A DNA stretch of 64,000 bases, taken from Epithemia pelagica. Taxonomy: Eukaryota; Protista; Bacillariophyta. Below the pieces are notes generated by a model that was not told where the DNA came from, made no database searches, and saw nothing but the letters and a program-made list of their open reading frames with translations. Of this stretch, positions 32,949 to 46,300 are shown in pieces. How positions within the stretch are numbered: the first letter of the stretch is position 1; each line of letters begins with the position of its first letter. Made by a program: the position numbers and the translations under genes. The stretch lies in the NCBI GenBank assembly GCA_946965045.2, contig OX337237.1, positions 186,001 to 250,000 of the forward strand, in the 5' to 3' direction.

Positions 32949-34292
32949 ATGTTTGCCGTTCCTGCTACTTCCAATGAGCCAAAGGTCAGTACGAAACAGG
33001 ATACAAAGAAGCTTGAGCCAGTCACTATGGAAGATGGCAAGCCTTGTATTATTGCTTTGGATCGTCCCAAGCGACCTCTTTCGGCCTACAATCTCTTTTT
33101 CCAAGAAGAGCGACGAAAGCTCTTGGCCGAACGGCCCGTTCGCCCTCAAGGCATTCCTGTCCGTCGTGGAGGCGGACATGGCAAGGTTGGATTTGGGGAA
33201 CTCGCCAAGACTGTGGCGGCCAAGTGGAAGGTGATTGATGCTTCGACCAAAAAGGAGTTTGATCGTTTGGCGCAACAAGAAAAGCTACGCTATCAGCAAA
33301 AGCTTGTTGAATGGAAACAGCAGTATTCGAATGGACATACCAAGAAAAGAAAAATGAATAAAAAGGACCGAACAAACAAGAAACAAACTAAGGCAAAAGC
33401 TGTGCGAGAAGAAGCACCTCCTCAGGTTATCATTACTAATCAAGCATCATCCGCAAAGAAGGAAGAACAGGACCCTGTCGGTCCTTTGCCTTTTTCTTCC
33501 TCTGGAACCGATAATTCCTTGTCACTGCCCAATGGTTGTTCTGAAGATGTTACCAAGAAAACTACCCTCAAGTCTTCTACGGGCAAGATACTACCTCAAA
33601 TTCCAGAAGCGACCAAACTCTTGATGACTCCAGGAAGCACTCCTCAAGCCATGACGCAAAGCAACAGTGCCGTTAAAGACCTCGATGGACCACATGCAAT
33701 TACACCCGACACCATGGAGATGGTAGATAGCGGGACAAACATCGTGACACTCCAGAAACCGAAGACACATGCGCCCATTGGACCAGTGCTGCTTTCGGAT
33801 TGCAGTGATCACAGTAGCAAGAGCCTAGTAAGGAGCGTTGGAACCAAGGGAACGTCATCCTTGAGTACAGCAAGTCATTCTGCTTCTTCATCCTCCTTGT
33901 CAACTGCATCCTCTCTCAAGTCTTCCTCTTCGTCCTTGCGCTTTCCTTGTCTTGCGGCTCAAGTAGAAGATACCTCCAAGTCTTCGTCTTCTCCGTATCC
34001 GGTGGAAACCAACAGGGCTGCCCCCTCCTCCTCTTCGAAGTCCTTTCTCGGCTCTTCTTCTTCTTCGGACATGCACATTCTTGGTCACGAGTCCTCCCCG
34101 CAGGGTAATGTCCCTCCTTATACCAACAACGATGAGGATCCTTCCAACACATTACAAGTTTTTCCTCCATCGATTTGTTTCCCATTTTCCTCCATGATGG
34201 ATCCCCTCCAAGAACCGCATGAAGGACAAGCCATGGCCTCGTTTGAAAATTCGAATAGTACTCTCATTGGTCATCCTCCATCCGGACCTTCT
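32949..34292 (+). CDS. HMG-box protein (3' end hidden by assembly gap)
   Basis: RPKRPLSAYNLFFQEER...GFGELAKTVAAKWK...A..EKLRY followed by an S-rich tail. Confidence 0.85.
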
Positions 34293-34492
34293 NNNNNNNN
34301 NNNNNNNNNNNNNNNNNNNNNNNNNNNNNNNNNNNNNNNNNNNNNNNNNNNNNNNNNNNNNNNNNNNNNNNNNNNNNNNNNNNNNNNNNNNNNNNNNNNN
34401 NNNNNNNNNNNNNNNNNNNNNNNNNNNNNNNNNNNNNNNNNNNNNNNNNNNNNNNNNNNNNNNNNNNNNNNNNNNNNNNNNNNNNNNNNNNN
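34293..34492. other. Assembly gap (200 N)
   Basis: Run of n. Confidence 1.
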
Positions 34493-35098
34493 AATACGAT
34501 CTTCTGCTACCTTTGGTGACTGCAGCTATCCTCCACCAATCTATATTTTTTCTTCTTGTACATATCATACTCGGAGAGAACCAAAGCTTTGTGGCTCTGT
34601 CCGTTGCGACCACGGTCGGCCGTTCCCAGGGAATGGGAAACGATCCTCTTTTGCAACGCTATCTATTATCTTTCTCTATACCTTTTTTATATCACATAAA
34701 TATACTTTTGGATGGACTTTTGAATATCTTTGTTTCAAGAAATCCAGACCATGACTTGTAACACTACGAATTCAATTTTCAATTCCTATTCTATATAAAT
34801 TTGCCATAGAGAATAAAAGACGCTGGACTGATCTATAGTAGTCCGACAACATGGAGTCCCCCCATCGATCGAGCAAACGAGGATGACACTCCAGTATACT
34901 ACATGTCCCAATTGGTCTGGAATTACTCGCTTCTGGTCGCAAAAACTCAACACAACCAAGACATCCATTGTACAAGTGAAAACGGAACGAGTAATCGAAT
35001 TGGTGAACTCCATTGGATACGAGAGGCACACCGTAGTATTCCAGTAGCCGCAAAGTCGAACGGCGAATATTGGTCGTTGTTTCTTCTGGTCTGTTTTC

Positions 35099-36364
35099 TT
35101 ATTTCGTGGCATTGTCGGTGGGTTCCAATCGTTCCTTGAGTCGTTGGACGAGTTGGGTATCGCCGGTCCGAAAGGCCATTTGCAATTGCGATTTGAGTTG
35201 GGCTTGTTCTTTCATTTCCAGAATCTTTTGACCATTCATTTGTTGCAAAATGGCCGCCTGTTCTCGTCCTTGTTTGGCCCGTGCCTGTTCCCGCATGGCT
35301 TGGACATGGCGCTGTTCGTCCAATCGAACACTGGACAAGGGTGTGGTCGTGGACGATGCAGCCGCTTGTTGCTGTCGTTGCTGTTTTTGATATTCGTCTC
35401 GTTCCCATTGATCGTAATTGTAATACTTGACATGAGGCATGGTGGCCGTATTGTAATCTTCACAAAATTCGGTAAAGTATTCTTGTTGTTCTCGTTTGGA
35501 TCCATTGAATCCGGGCATGCCCTTGACATCTTCCATCCAAATCAAGAAGGCTCGTTGCATGCGGTTCCAATCCTCTCGAGAGGAGGCCTGCAAAATACCA
35601 TACTGACCAAAGGTAGGACGACGATCATCCTCCTTGATTGCTTTTTCGTTGCTGCTGTCATCTTCACTCGAGGAGTATCGTTTTCGTTTTCGATGTTTCT
35701 TCTTCTTCTTCTTCTTCTTTTTGGATTTCTCATGTTTCTTACGATGCTTCTTTTCTTTACGCTTCTTCTTGTCGTCGTCGTTTCGCTTGCTCCGTTTGCG
35801 TTTGGAACGATCATACTTGTCGTCGTCACGGTCACTGTCGTATCGACTATCGGAACTGTACACGGTGGACGATTCATCACTGTAATAGGAGGAGGAATCG
35901 TCACTATCATCGTGCCTCCTCCTCCGTCTTCGTTTCTTGTCGTGTTTGGATCGTTTTTTGTGACGCCTTTTCGATTTCCTATGGTAGTACGAATCGTCGG
36001 AATCGTCTGATTCCATGTCCCTTCTGTCATCCTCATGACGTTCTTTGCGGTGTCGTTTACGATCGGAAGAAGACGACAGTCTCCCCTTACTGTCGTGATC
36101 GTCGTCCTTTCGGGTGGGTCGATTCTTCTTGTTTTTCTGCTTCTCTGTTTCCTTTTCGTATGCTCGGTCGTCGTCGCTGTCCTCCGTGTTGTGCCAATCC
36201 TTCTCACGACGACGTTTCTCGTCGTTCTTCCAACCATGACTGTCCTCCTCGTCACGATTCTTATTCTCTTCACTGCTGTGGCTTCTCCTACGTCGTCGAT
36301 CAGGAGGCCTCCGACGACGATCGTCTCCTGAGTGGTTGTCGTCGTGGTCGTCGTTGTCGCTCAT
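35099..36364 (-). CDS. K/R/S/D-rich probable nuclear protein with a conserved-looking C-terminal domain
   Basis: Long charged low-complexity region, then FGQYGIL...FLIWMEDVK...FTEFCEDYNTATMPHVKYY. Start taken at MSDNDD. Confidence 0.75.
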   Translation of the reverse strand: MSDNDDHDDNHSGDDRRRRPPDRRRRRSHSSEENKNRDEEDSHGWKNDEKRRREKDWHNTEDSDDDRAYEKETEKQKNKKNRPTRKDDDHDSKGRLSSSSDRKRHRKERHEDDRRDMESDDSDDSYYHRKSKRRHKKRSKHDKKRRRRRRHDDSDDSSSYYSDESSTVYSSDSRYDSDRDDDKYDRSKRKRSKRNDDDKKKRKEKKHRKKHEKSKKKKKKKKKHRKRKRYSSSEDDSSNEKAIKEDDRRPTFGQYGILQASSREDWNRMQRAFLIWMEDVKGMPGFNGSKREQQEYFTEFCEDYNTATMPHVKYYNYDQWERDEYQKQQRQQQAAASSTTTPLSSVRLDEQRHVQAMREQARAKQGREQAAILQQMNGQKILEMKEQAQLKSQLQMAFRTGDTQLVQRLKERLEPTDNATK

Positions 36365-36655
36365 GGTGATGAATAAGGATCTGAGTAACAATAAAATGAG
36401 GACACAAAATGGCGGGGCCGTCCCCTCCCCCCCAAACACGAGCCGCCGTTCCCCCCGTTCTGGTGAAGCAACCAGTCGCGTTTAACCGCCTGTCCGTCGG
36501 AGCGCTCAGAATCCGCGACCGAAATCAGGCGGTTTAACGCAATCCGCGACCAAAGATACCCCTCATTCGTCGACCATGGCGACGACGAGGACAATGGCGT
36601 TGATACTGGCGACAGAACACAGAGCCAATCTGGATTCCGTGTATCTATCCATGAC

Positions 36656-36958
36656 TTATGAGCTGGTGAAACCATCAGTGGCCCCGGATTCTAGACCACC
36701 TCGACTTGCTAGAGTCGCAGTGTTTACAAAAGGATGACAAGAGAGATTCAAGAGATCGGATCGTTGGTTGCTTCCAACGTTTCCTGGTCCATGTGACTTC
36801 AAGAATGATGCTTCCCATTTCTGACATGTTCTGTTTTCCACGCATTGCTGGGAGTGCTTGTCATCGTCAAGGTCACTTTTTCTATCTCGTGATATGGAGA
36901 AGAGAGGCAAGGCATAGTTGGAAGAGCAAGTACAATATATCATCCATACTCGAAACAT
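36656..36958 (-). CDS. Companion ORF paralog downstream of Kelch A3
   Basis: MFRVW...YCTCSSN...RDRKSDLDDDKHSQ...FLKSHG, homologous to 2051-2644. Confidence 0.35.
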   Translation of the reverse strand: MFRVWMIYCTCSSNYALPLFSISRDRKSDLDDDKHSQQCVENRTCQKWEASFLKSHGPGNVGSNQRSDLLNLSCHPFVNTATLASRGGLESGATDGFTSS

Positions 36959-37706
36959 GGGTTGCTACAAAAAATGCCTCTACTTCCCCCTTTGTGCCAC
37001 AGGGTGTCTCTGTTTATCTGGCGATTTTTCTTTTGGGAAAAGAATTGTGAACTAGAAGAAATGAACAGCCGACAATCGTACCTACCACCATGTCACCGAT
37101 CCTTGTGATGTTTCAACTCTTGACTGCCGTGACGCTCCAGGAAAGGTATCGCATTGGACCACTACGACCCTCCTGTCGACCGAAAAGGATTGATACATGC
37201 CATGCCCCATCGATTGGCCGCTGCGGCAAGGGTACAACCACACCCAAATCGTGATAATGATTGATGGGTCCTGCCTCTACCTATTCCAACACAACCATCG
37301 TAACCAAGTTCCGAGAAACACATCACTATATATAGGAGAGCCATCATCATCATGATTGGATGGAAAGACTCTGCCAAAGTCAAAAGGACAGAGATTCCGG
37401 TGGTATAGAATAACAGTATGGAGAAATCAAAGCTCTTTCACTTATTTATGTACATGGTTGCTTTGAGACACGTTGAATAAAGTGTCCACTGGTTCCAGAG
37501 AATCCAAGAAATGAGCAAAAGAACACCAATGTTTCATGGAAAAGGAACAGTGTCCCAAAGAACCCATCATCATTATAAAAGTCATGCATGGATATAAAAA
37601 GACTCTGTCCAGGTCAACAGGACAGAGATTATTCGAATGGTATAGAATCACAGTGTTGAAAGTGAAGGGTCTTGAAATATACAAGTGGTTGCTTTGAGAC
37701 ACGTTT

Positions 37707-39785
37707 TTAACGGGTCCACTGATTCCAGAGAATCCAGGCACTGTACAACATGGTAGTCCCAAGCACAGTCAGCTCCAGTCGGTGCATTCGATCCTGCACT
37801 GTCATGTTTGGTACGCTTGTGGGAGTCGGAGTGTGGGAAGCGTTCACGCGGATGGAGCCCTCGCATGGATGATTTGTCAGTGTCACCTTATTCTCATCCA
37901 GTTGTTGTTGCGCTTTCCAGATATGGCCAGAAGACACCAGAGAGTTGCGAAGCTCCGTGGCAAGGGCTTTCGTTGTCCTTTCACACAATACGGTGGCACC
38001 TGCTGAACCATTCTCGGTATGCAAAGTTGCAGGGGCAATTGTCTGTGGTCTGTCGTTGAAACTAGCACGCGGCGTCAAAGGACTCTGGTGATCTGCTGCA
38101 ACAAGCTTTTGTTCCAATACATCGAAGCGACCTAGCAGTTTCTGTTCCATTGCACGGCGCTCCATATCCATATCTCGGAGTTTGAATTGATTGAACTATG
38201 GCTTCCATGCGAGTCAAACGGCCATGAATAGTCTTTGTATCCTCCTCTTGGCTTTCGCCTTTAGTTTCGTCCATATCTTTCAAACGATTCTCGATTGACT
38301 CAACCACTTTCAAACGATTCTTGATTGACTCAATCATGGCTTCCATGTAAGCCAAACGGTCATGGAGGCAGGGCGGTGGTTCGGTCCCGAAGCTACCAGA
38401 AACAGAGGAGTGACGCTTGTCATCAATGTTTCGACTGACTGGATTATTGGTGACCGGCTTGTTGGAGTTGGTTTCTGGTGCCTTCTTTGAGCGTTTCGAG
38501 GATGCTTTATCCATTGGCTCTGGACATGCTTCACAAGGACGCTTGGTCCCTGATGACGTACTCTGCTGTCGGGAGGAAGCAATATGAGAATGATGTTCGT
38601 TGATACAAACCCGTCTTGAAATATGCAAACCGCTGGGAGATATGCTATTTCCTGGGCTGAAGGACGTACCTTATGAAAAACTAGGTCGCCAACATATTGC
38701 AATGACTGTACTTTACCATTGAATCTATCGACTGCCAGTAGCCTGCCCGACTCAGGAAGATCCAGCACGAGTTGACCACATTTTGACTTGAGCATGTCGG
38801 GAAGAAATGCTGACATTTCTTTTCGCTCCACATCGATGACTTCGATGGACCTTATCCACTTGCCGTTGCGATCCAAACCTCCAGCGAGCACAATTTTGGA
38901 ACCAAGGACAACAGAGGAATGACACCTGCGAGCATGCAACAGGAAAAGATCAGTTTCCACAGTCCACGACAGAATCTGTGGACTTAATTTGTGATAGGAC
39001 GATTCGCTTCCTGTTTCAAGCTTCGTTTGATCATCGATGGAACTGTCGTTCCATGAAAATTCAATACATTCCACCGATTTTATGCCATTATCATTAGACA
39101 ATTCTTCTCCGCCAATAATATATACTTTATTTTCAACCGCGACAGAGGTAAAGTATCTACGAGGGATATGCGCTCGAGACGGGGCATCAAATGAAGTGAG
39201 TACGTGGTTGTCTGGGTCGCGAGTATCCAGCACCTGAATCATGCCATGCTGTTTTTGATAGGTCGTGACTACAATGTAGCGGTCTTTCACCACGGAAGTA
39301 GAACCTTCAGTATTTGTAAGAGCAGCGAATTGACACGATAAGTCGCACCAGCTTTCTGTCGCATTATCCGTTTCGTATGTATTGGGCTCTTTCAAGAGAT
39401 GATGGATACTAATGCGCTCAACGACCGATGTGCAACCTCCAATTGCATAGACTGCGCCGTTGCAGACCACTGCATCGAAATCATGGCGTGGCCTATTCAT
39501 TGGTGGACCTTGGCTCCATTCTGCTCTATAGTTTCCTCGCCGATGCATGGGTGGACCTGGTTTTGTAAAAGTATTGATCCACCCTATTTCTTCTGTTGGC
39601 AAGTCCATGAGATGTACAGTGTCGGTAGGCTCATGATCAGCATCCCCTCCAAGCATTACCAATGCTGTTTTGTTTTTCGGGGAAACGACAACCATTGCAC
39701 TTCTGGAGCGAAATCCTTCCACAGGGTTAGGCCACGAGCTCTCGACTTGCCACTTGTTTTGGGAAGCCAATTCTATGGTATTCAT
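37707..39785 (-). pseudogene. Kelch A3 with a frameshift in the coiled coil (~38180); intron ~38566-38669
   Basis: Kelch ORF 38334-39785 splices in frame to 38062-38628. The anchor-coding end lies in another frame (37707-38171). Confidence 0.75.
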
Positions 39786-40515
39786 GTCGGCAGATGAGGA
39801 TTATTCTTTTATTCGAATATGATTCCGCGCTTGATGCAATCAGATCCTTGTCACCAATCAAGAGTGATGTTGGAATGAGCAGCCTTTATTCAGGATTTGA
39901 TGTGAACGTCCTCTACTACTTGACTACGGAGTAGATAGTTCCTATCGGACAAGATTGTCGTAGATGGTTCCTATATCTATCGGTCCACGATCGGGACAAG
40001 ATTGTATTCACATCAAAACTCCAGATTCATGCAAACTCTATCAGTTCATGATCGCAACAAGAGTGGTGTAGTTCACACCAAGACCAGCATGACAAGTTTC
40101 CCGTCTGCTGCTCGGTGCACTGATGTAACAGGTATCAGACCCATGTATACTTCTTATGAAAAACTTTCGCTTTGTGCTTCAAACTCATTCCGCTTCCAAT
40201 GCATCGAAACAGTCAAACTCAGTCGAGAAACTATGCACGCGGCAAAGTGAGCTAGAGGAATACCAATCCAATACCCCACACTTGAATGAGCCAAGAAGGT
40301 GTCAGCAATGTGAGAACTTTATATACGTCAACACAAAATTGTTGGCATCGTGTGCGAAAGCAGGTAGGCTGAGCAGAGGATGTTGCGAGATACTATGATA
40401 CAGACATAGAAAAGCTACCCATTGTGACGATGGTGACTAGTCCTCCCTGTTATGGAGACTTTGTATTAAACTGTGGTGATTGGCGCGGTCTACACATACG
40501 TGTGGAGAAGGCCTT

Positions 40516-40627
40516 CAGTACCTGCTTCTCTTTTTCCAGAGCTTTCAAGCGTTTCTCTTGATCCTGACGACTCGCATCCAGTCGCTTCAAATGCTCAAGA
40601 ATGAATAGCCCCCTTTTGGCATCAGAA
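40516..40627 (-). pseudogene. 112-bp fragment of Kelch D exon 2 (50859-50970) in spacer DNA
   Basis: SDAKRGLFILEHLKRLDASRQDQEKRLKALEKEKQVL is nearly identical to D. Confidence 0.85.
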
Positions 40628-40688
40628 GTGCCTAGAAACGATGTACGAGGTAGAATGAATAAGAGGAATAACACATTCGATTGAGTGG

Positions 40689-40832
40689 GGAAAAGGACCT
40701 CAACGCTATTGACAAAATGAAACGAAACGCGATGAAGCATGATTGTGGCACATGAGAATTTTGCTGTTTCTAGGAAGCTTTTTGTAGTTCATAGTCCGAA
40801 CGCTCTTGTATAGAATAGGCACATAGCTATGG
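40689..40832. repeat. Dispersed repeat R1, copy 3
   Basis: aaaaggacctcaacgctattgacaaaatg...tttctaggaagctttttg..ttcatagtccgaacg. Confidence 0.75.
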
Positions 40833-41977
40833 TCTCTTTTTTCTGTTGCGTTTTCGCGACCAAAAGAGAATAGATATGACAATGATGAAGGTGACAACGG
40901 CAACGGTGGCGACAAAAGGAAAGAAGAATGGGCCCAAACCTCTACATAACCACAAACTGGCATTGTGTGTAACTCCGCACTGTAGGTGTGAAGAGAGTTT
41001 TCCACAGGCGCCGTACAACTATATAGAAAAGACCCTGCTCTCGAGCGACACCAAAGATCCATACAAACAAAAACACACACAAGCTCAGGATTCTTTGACG
41101 CACTTTCACCGTTCGAGGAAAGATGTTGCCACAGAGCACCAACGATGCGTTGGTCGAGACGCGACAGGCTCAGGATGTATGGAGGTACTTTCACCGTTCG
41201 ACGAGAGTTGTTGGCGCAAAACAGCGGTGCGACACAAGCTGACAATACTTTGAAGCGCTCTCACCATAAGTTGATGACAAAGAACACCATGGGTGAATTG
41301 GTCGACATGCCACATGCTTGCCTCAAAGCTCGAAACAATTGAATGACACCTCCAACGCCGGGTGTTCGTTTCAAGGATTTCAACCAATGTTGCCTGCTGT
41401 AACATGCTTCTCTTGTGCAAAAGGGTAGCGCTACCTTCAATGCGTATATGGAAACCAGCGAGGACAAAAGGAACTCAACCATATCAACGTGTCCCAGGGA
41501 CCTATTTTCCCAGAGGTTTACCGTATATCACCAAACATATGATGTGTATGCTCTGACGATTGGCGATACCAAAAGGGCCCATAATACTACAAGTTCCTGG
41601 ACTGCTTGCAGCTCTTTTTGAGAACACAAAGATACAGTCAGATCGTGCACAACGTTCTCGGCTTGATGCTCCCAATACATTGACTTTCAGACTTTGTATA
41701 TGATCCTGTAATGTTACTATGGGCCCTGACTGTACGGCGGTGAATATTGTTGATAGCCAACGGGCAAGGATATCACACTTTTAACGAGTGAATGGAAACG
41801 AACTCTTAGCTCACAGTAGCACAGCGCAGTGAGAAATATGGTTTGATACTACGACTTTGTGGGGTTCAAGATAACTGAGATTCTCATGGTATACAAGAAA
41901 GGTTCTCCAAGTGAAGCGTCTCACACATAGACGCAGAAGACCGAGAACTGTGATGTTATGTCCTCCTCGCGATACTT

Positions 41978-43377
41978 TCAACATGTCCAGTGGTTCCAGA
42001 GAATCCATGCGCTGTACAACAGGGTACTCCCAAGCAAAGTTGTTTCCAGTCGGCACATACGATCCTGCAAGGTCATGTTCGGTATGTTCGTAGAAGGGGT
42101 TGCGTCATTCATTGAGACGCTAGAAGGGTTCATCATCGCCATCTTCTCATGAATTTGCTCTTGCGTTGCCACACTCAAGCCATTGGATGAAGAAGAAAAA
42201 GAGTTTGTGGACTCAGTCGCAATGGCTTGGCTTGCTGTGGAACGTAAGGTATCATGCCCTGTCATGTTTGGTACGCACGGGCTTTTTGTCTCTTGACTTA
42301 TGGTCTCGTTCGAAATATCAGAAGGGTTCATGTGTTCCGTTACTTGAAACTCTTCCTTTGAAATCTGTTTGCTGCCTACCAACTGGAACTTCTGCTCTAA
42401 CGAGTCAAGGCGATCCAATAGAGCCTTTTTGTCTCCAGGTTGTTTCTGGTGGTCCTGTTGTTGCTTCGAAACCTGGTGTTCAAGACTCTGCATCCGTTTC
42501 TCCATATCCTCCAGGCTTCCGATTCCAGCAGTCGCAGCTTCAAGTCGGCTTACACGCTCAAGTAAAGACACTTTTCCTTTTGGCACGGAACAAGGAGTGA
42601 CAAGTGCAGCTTGGACTTCTGGATCTTTCTTCTGGTGTTTGCAAGGCTTTCCGTCCGAATCCTCTAGGTTCACCTGTGGCGGGCGTTTCTCCCCGGACCG
42701 AAGACCGCGGGGACTGGGGGAATCTATACTCTCCTGTTCACGAAACAGCATGATGAATAAAACATTCTTACAAAAAATTCTGGGAACCAGCTTCAGTGGA
42801 GCACTTACCGCAGCTTGTTTCATTGGCTGAGACTTCATGACGTGACCGTAGCACAATATATCCGTCGGACAAGTTGGTACTCTACCACCCACAGCAAGCA
42901 ACCTCCCAGCACCAGGTTGTGCCACTAGAAATTGACCGAATCTTTGGTACTTCATATTTGGCAGCAGTGTCACTGTCTTGCGTTCCAGATCGAGGACTTC
43001 CACGATTTTGCTACTTCGGTCCGTTTCGTGTCTGAAACCTCCTGCTACGACGATTTTGGTACCAACCAAAACCGAAGATGGGCGAACAAGAGTATTCGAC
43101 AAGCATAAATTATCCTCAAGTTTCCAAGACAACACTTTTAATTGGGATACGTTGGAGGATCCGACCTGTGTCTCAGATTTCGGATTGCTAGACACGCTCT
43201 CATCGATTTTGAATTCAATGCATTCAACAGAATTTTCTCCTTTACCATCTTCAAGACGCTTTCCACCAATGATGTAGACGTTGCTCCCAACAGCTACGAC
43301 ACTGGGGTGAGCACGAGGTACAGGTTGTTCAGGAGCAAGAACTGGAATCAGTACTGGCGCGAACGGGTCTCCTGTAT
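41978..43377 (-). pseudogene. Kelch B1, 3' half only (5' half replaced by copia); intron 42734-42808
   Basis: Paralog of 59107-61127. The frame is open from the junction to LGSTLLYSAWILWNHWTC. Confidence 0.8.
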
Positions 43378-46300
43378 GTACTCAGCTTCCATTGTGGACA
43401 CAGCAATCTCCGATTGAAGCTTTGATACCCAGTGAACAGGGCACCCGGCCACCATCAAGACATATCCGGTTCTTGATTTTACACACAATGGATCCTGTGG
43501 ATCCTCGGCATTCCATTGTCCGGCAAAGTCCGAATCAACATAGCAATCAACGGTCAAGTGTTTGGACGGTGTCAAGATCATTCCTCGGTCTTTGGTCCCT
43601 TTCAAATATCGGCATATCTGTTTGACAGCTTGTCCATGGGAGGCTTTTGGATTATGGGTAAATCTTGCACACTGGTGCACGGCGAACGCAATCTCCGGCC
43701 TGGAGTTGGATGCCAAATATAGTAACATGCCGACCACTGACGAGTAGCTCCATTTCTCGCAAAACTCAGCTCCATCCTTGTCTGTTCCAAGTGGAGTCTG
43801 ACTCGCAGGAGTCTTATCCGGATTGCACTCTTGCAACCCTGTTGCTTTCAACACTCGTTCAATCAGTCCCAACTGTTTCAACTTAATTTGGCCGTCATCC
43901 AGTCGTTCAAAGGCGATGCCCAGATAGGCGGAGACGTCTCCCTCTACTGTCAGTTCAAGATCGTCTTTCAAAGAGTCCAAGACTTTAAGAATTCTTCCTT
44001 CATCCGGTGCCACCCAAATCACATCATCAATGTAGACAAGGCACAATATTTGCTTTGTCGCATCAAAGAAAAGGCATGGATCATATTTGCTCTGAGTGAA
44101 GCCACGCTGCTCCAGGTGGCCTTTCAAATGATCATACCAAGAAAGGGGAGCTTGTCTCAGGCCATATAAGGTTTTGCGCAATCGCAAAACATAATCTTCT
44201 GTGCTATCCTGTGGGGCGAAATCCTTCGGCAGCTCCATATACACGTCTTCTTCGAGAGTCGCTTGGGCGAACGCATTCGAATAGTCCGTTTGGACTGTCA
44301 GCCAATTGAACACCAGACTCAACAATAAAACAAGGCGGATCGTTGTCCATTGCACGACAGGAGCGTAGGTTTCAAAGAAATCTACTCCTTCGATCTGTTT
44401 GTCGCCTCGCACACACAACCTTGCTTTTAGTTTCCGAATGGATCCATCTGGATACCGTTTGCGCCGGAATGCCCACGTTGAGGGCAATGCTTTGCGACCT
44501 TTTGCTTCCATGGTGGAGCGTTTCTCTAAGTCCCATGTGTGTTTTCCTTCCAATTCACGGACTTCGTTTCCCATTGCTTCGGTGAATCCCTCGCAGTCGT
44601 CCCCGGTCATTGCTTCAAAATACGAAGGCAAGTCAGGATCCTTCTTCTTGGACTTTGTTGAGGCTTGGTACACAATTGGATCACGGAATCCGTACGTGTC
44701 TGTTTCATCATCGACATCCAGATAGGCTTGATAAGCAGCCGTTGTCGTGGCGTCTGAAACAAAGAGAGCGAAACTCTGTAGGGCTTGAGATCCTGCTCCT
44801 TGGGTTCCATCATAACCCCAACGGAGAGGAGGTTTTCGTTGTCTACCGGAGCGTCGTACTCCTTGAGAAGGGGAGGAAGGCAAGTTTGGTGACGGCGGCA
44901 CAGGCGGTGGTGGCGGATCAAACACTGGCTCGTCGGTTCCATCCGATGGTGCTGGCGGCGGTTCTCCTGTCTCTCGAGGCTGTTCAGGACGTTGTTGTTG
45001 TAACGGAGGAGAATCAGGGTTAGGAGGATGTTGCCTCTCCCTCCGATCCTGCAATACATCGTCTGTTCGGGGTGTCGGAGGCTCACTCTGCTGCTGAGAC
45101 TGGTCTTGGCCTTGCCGAATTTGTGCAGAACGTTCAGCATTGTCGGCATATCGGTCCATCCACTCATCAGCCAGAACGACGGGGTCATCGTCGTCAAAAG
45201 CATAGTGGTACCTCGAATCTGCAAAGAGTTGGGTCCACTGGTTGGCATCAAATGGTTCGTCGCGGGCTGTTCCAATGACGCTGGTAAACCAGTCGTCAAA
45301 GACGACGTGAAACTGCGGCGAGATGTGACCGGTCCAAGTATTCAAGACCAATGGTACACGCGACGAATGACGACGAGAGAATCCGAGAAAAATTCCACGG
45401 CGAGAACGGGGCTTCCACTTTGGCAGCTTATGTCCGTCCTGAAGGGTTGGCTCAAGAACGTAACACGGACAGCCCCAAACATGCATGTCCTGAAAAGAGG
45501 CACGCGACACTTTCGTCCGTAAAACCAATTCCAACGGAGACATCATTCCTGCACTGGCTCTCGGCATGTGGTTGTGCTGGTGCACCACATAATCCACTGC
45601 CATAGGCCATAAACTCATATCAGCTGCGTCAGGCCATCGGATGGCAGCATGAATCAAGATCGTGCGGACCTTTGTAAGGATGGTACCAATGCCGCGCTCC
45701 GCGATGCCATTTTGGTGAAGTGCACCAACGCCACTAAATTTAATATTCTGTAGGCCATTCTCAATTTCTTGCACGAAAGCTTTCGAAGCAAAGATCCCAT
45801 TGTCCGATTGGTAGGCTTGGACAGTCACTCCCATGTCAAACATGCGTTTCTCGTATCGTTGTTTAGCCGCGATAGTCTCTGTGGCTGTAAAATTGACGAG
45901 ATGTTCGATGTGGATGTCGCCTGTTGCATGGTCGACGAAGATACAACCGCCCGAATACATACTGTCGGTGTGGGTTTTGCCTTTGGACGAGTACAGGCGA
46001 CCCTTCTGCGTAACGGTGAAATGGTCCATCGAGACACGTTGGCCAGGGAACAGGTTTTCCTTCTTAAGGCCATACTCCCTCTCAGGCACAGAGGTTTTCG
46101 TGGTACTGTCTGTGGGACGACGGGTGGCTTTGCCAAATTCACAGCTTGCACATTTGGGGAGATCACACTTGGAGGTGGCGCGCAACAAAGGAGAGTTGCC
46201 AAGGGCGCCGGTTTTCAGCAAACGTTGGAGCGAAGCAAGGCCCTGATGGCACAAACGATAATGCCATTTCAGGAGCTCCCTCTGAGGCGATGTAAGGTTG

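Noticed and set aside
34152-34761. ORFs spanning the N-run
   Set aside because: Frame across the gap is unknown.
35144-36369. Several long overlapping ORFs (35144-36010, 35542-36273, 35638-36369)
   Set aside because: Antisense or off-frame shadows of the low-complexity K/R/D-rich gene.
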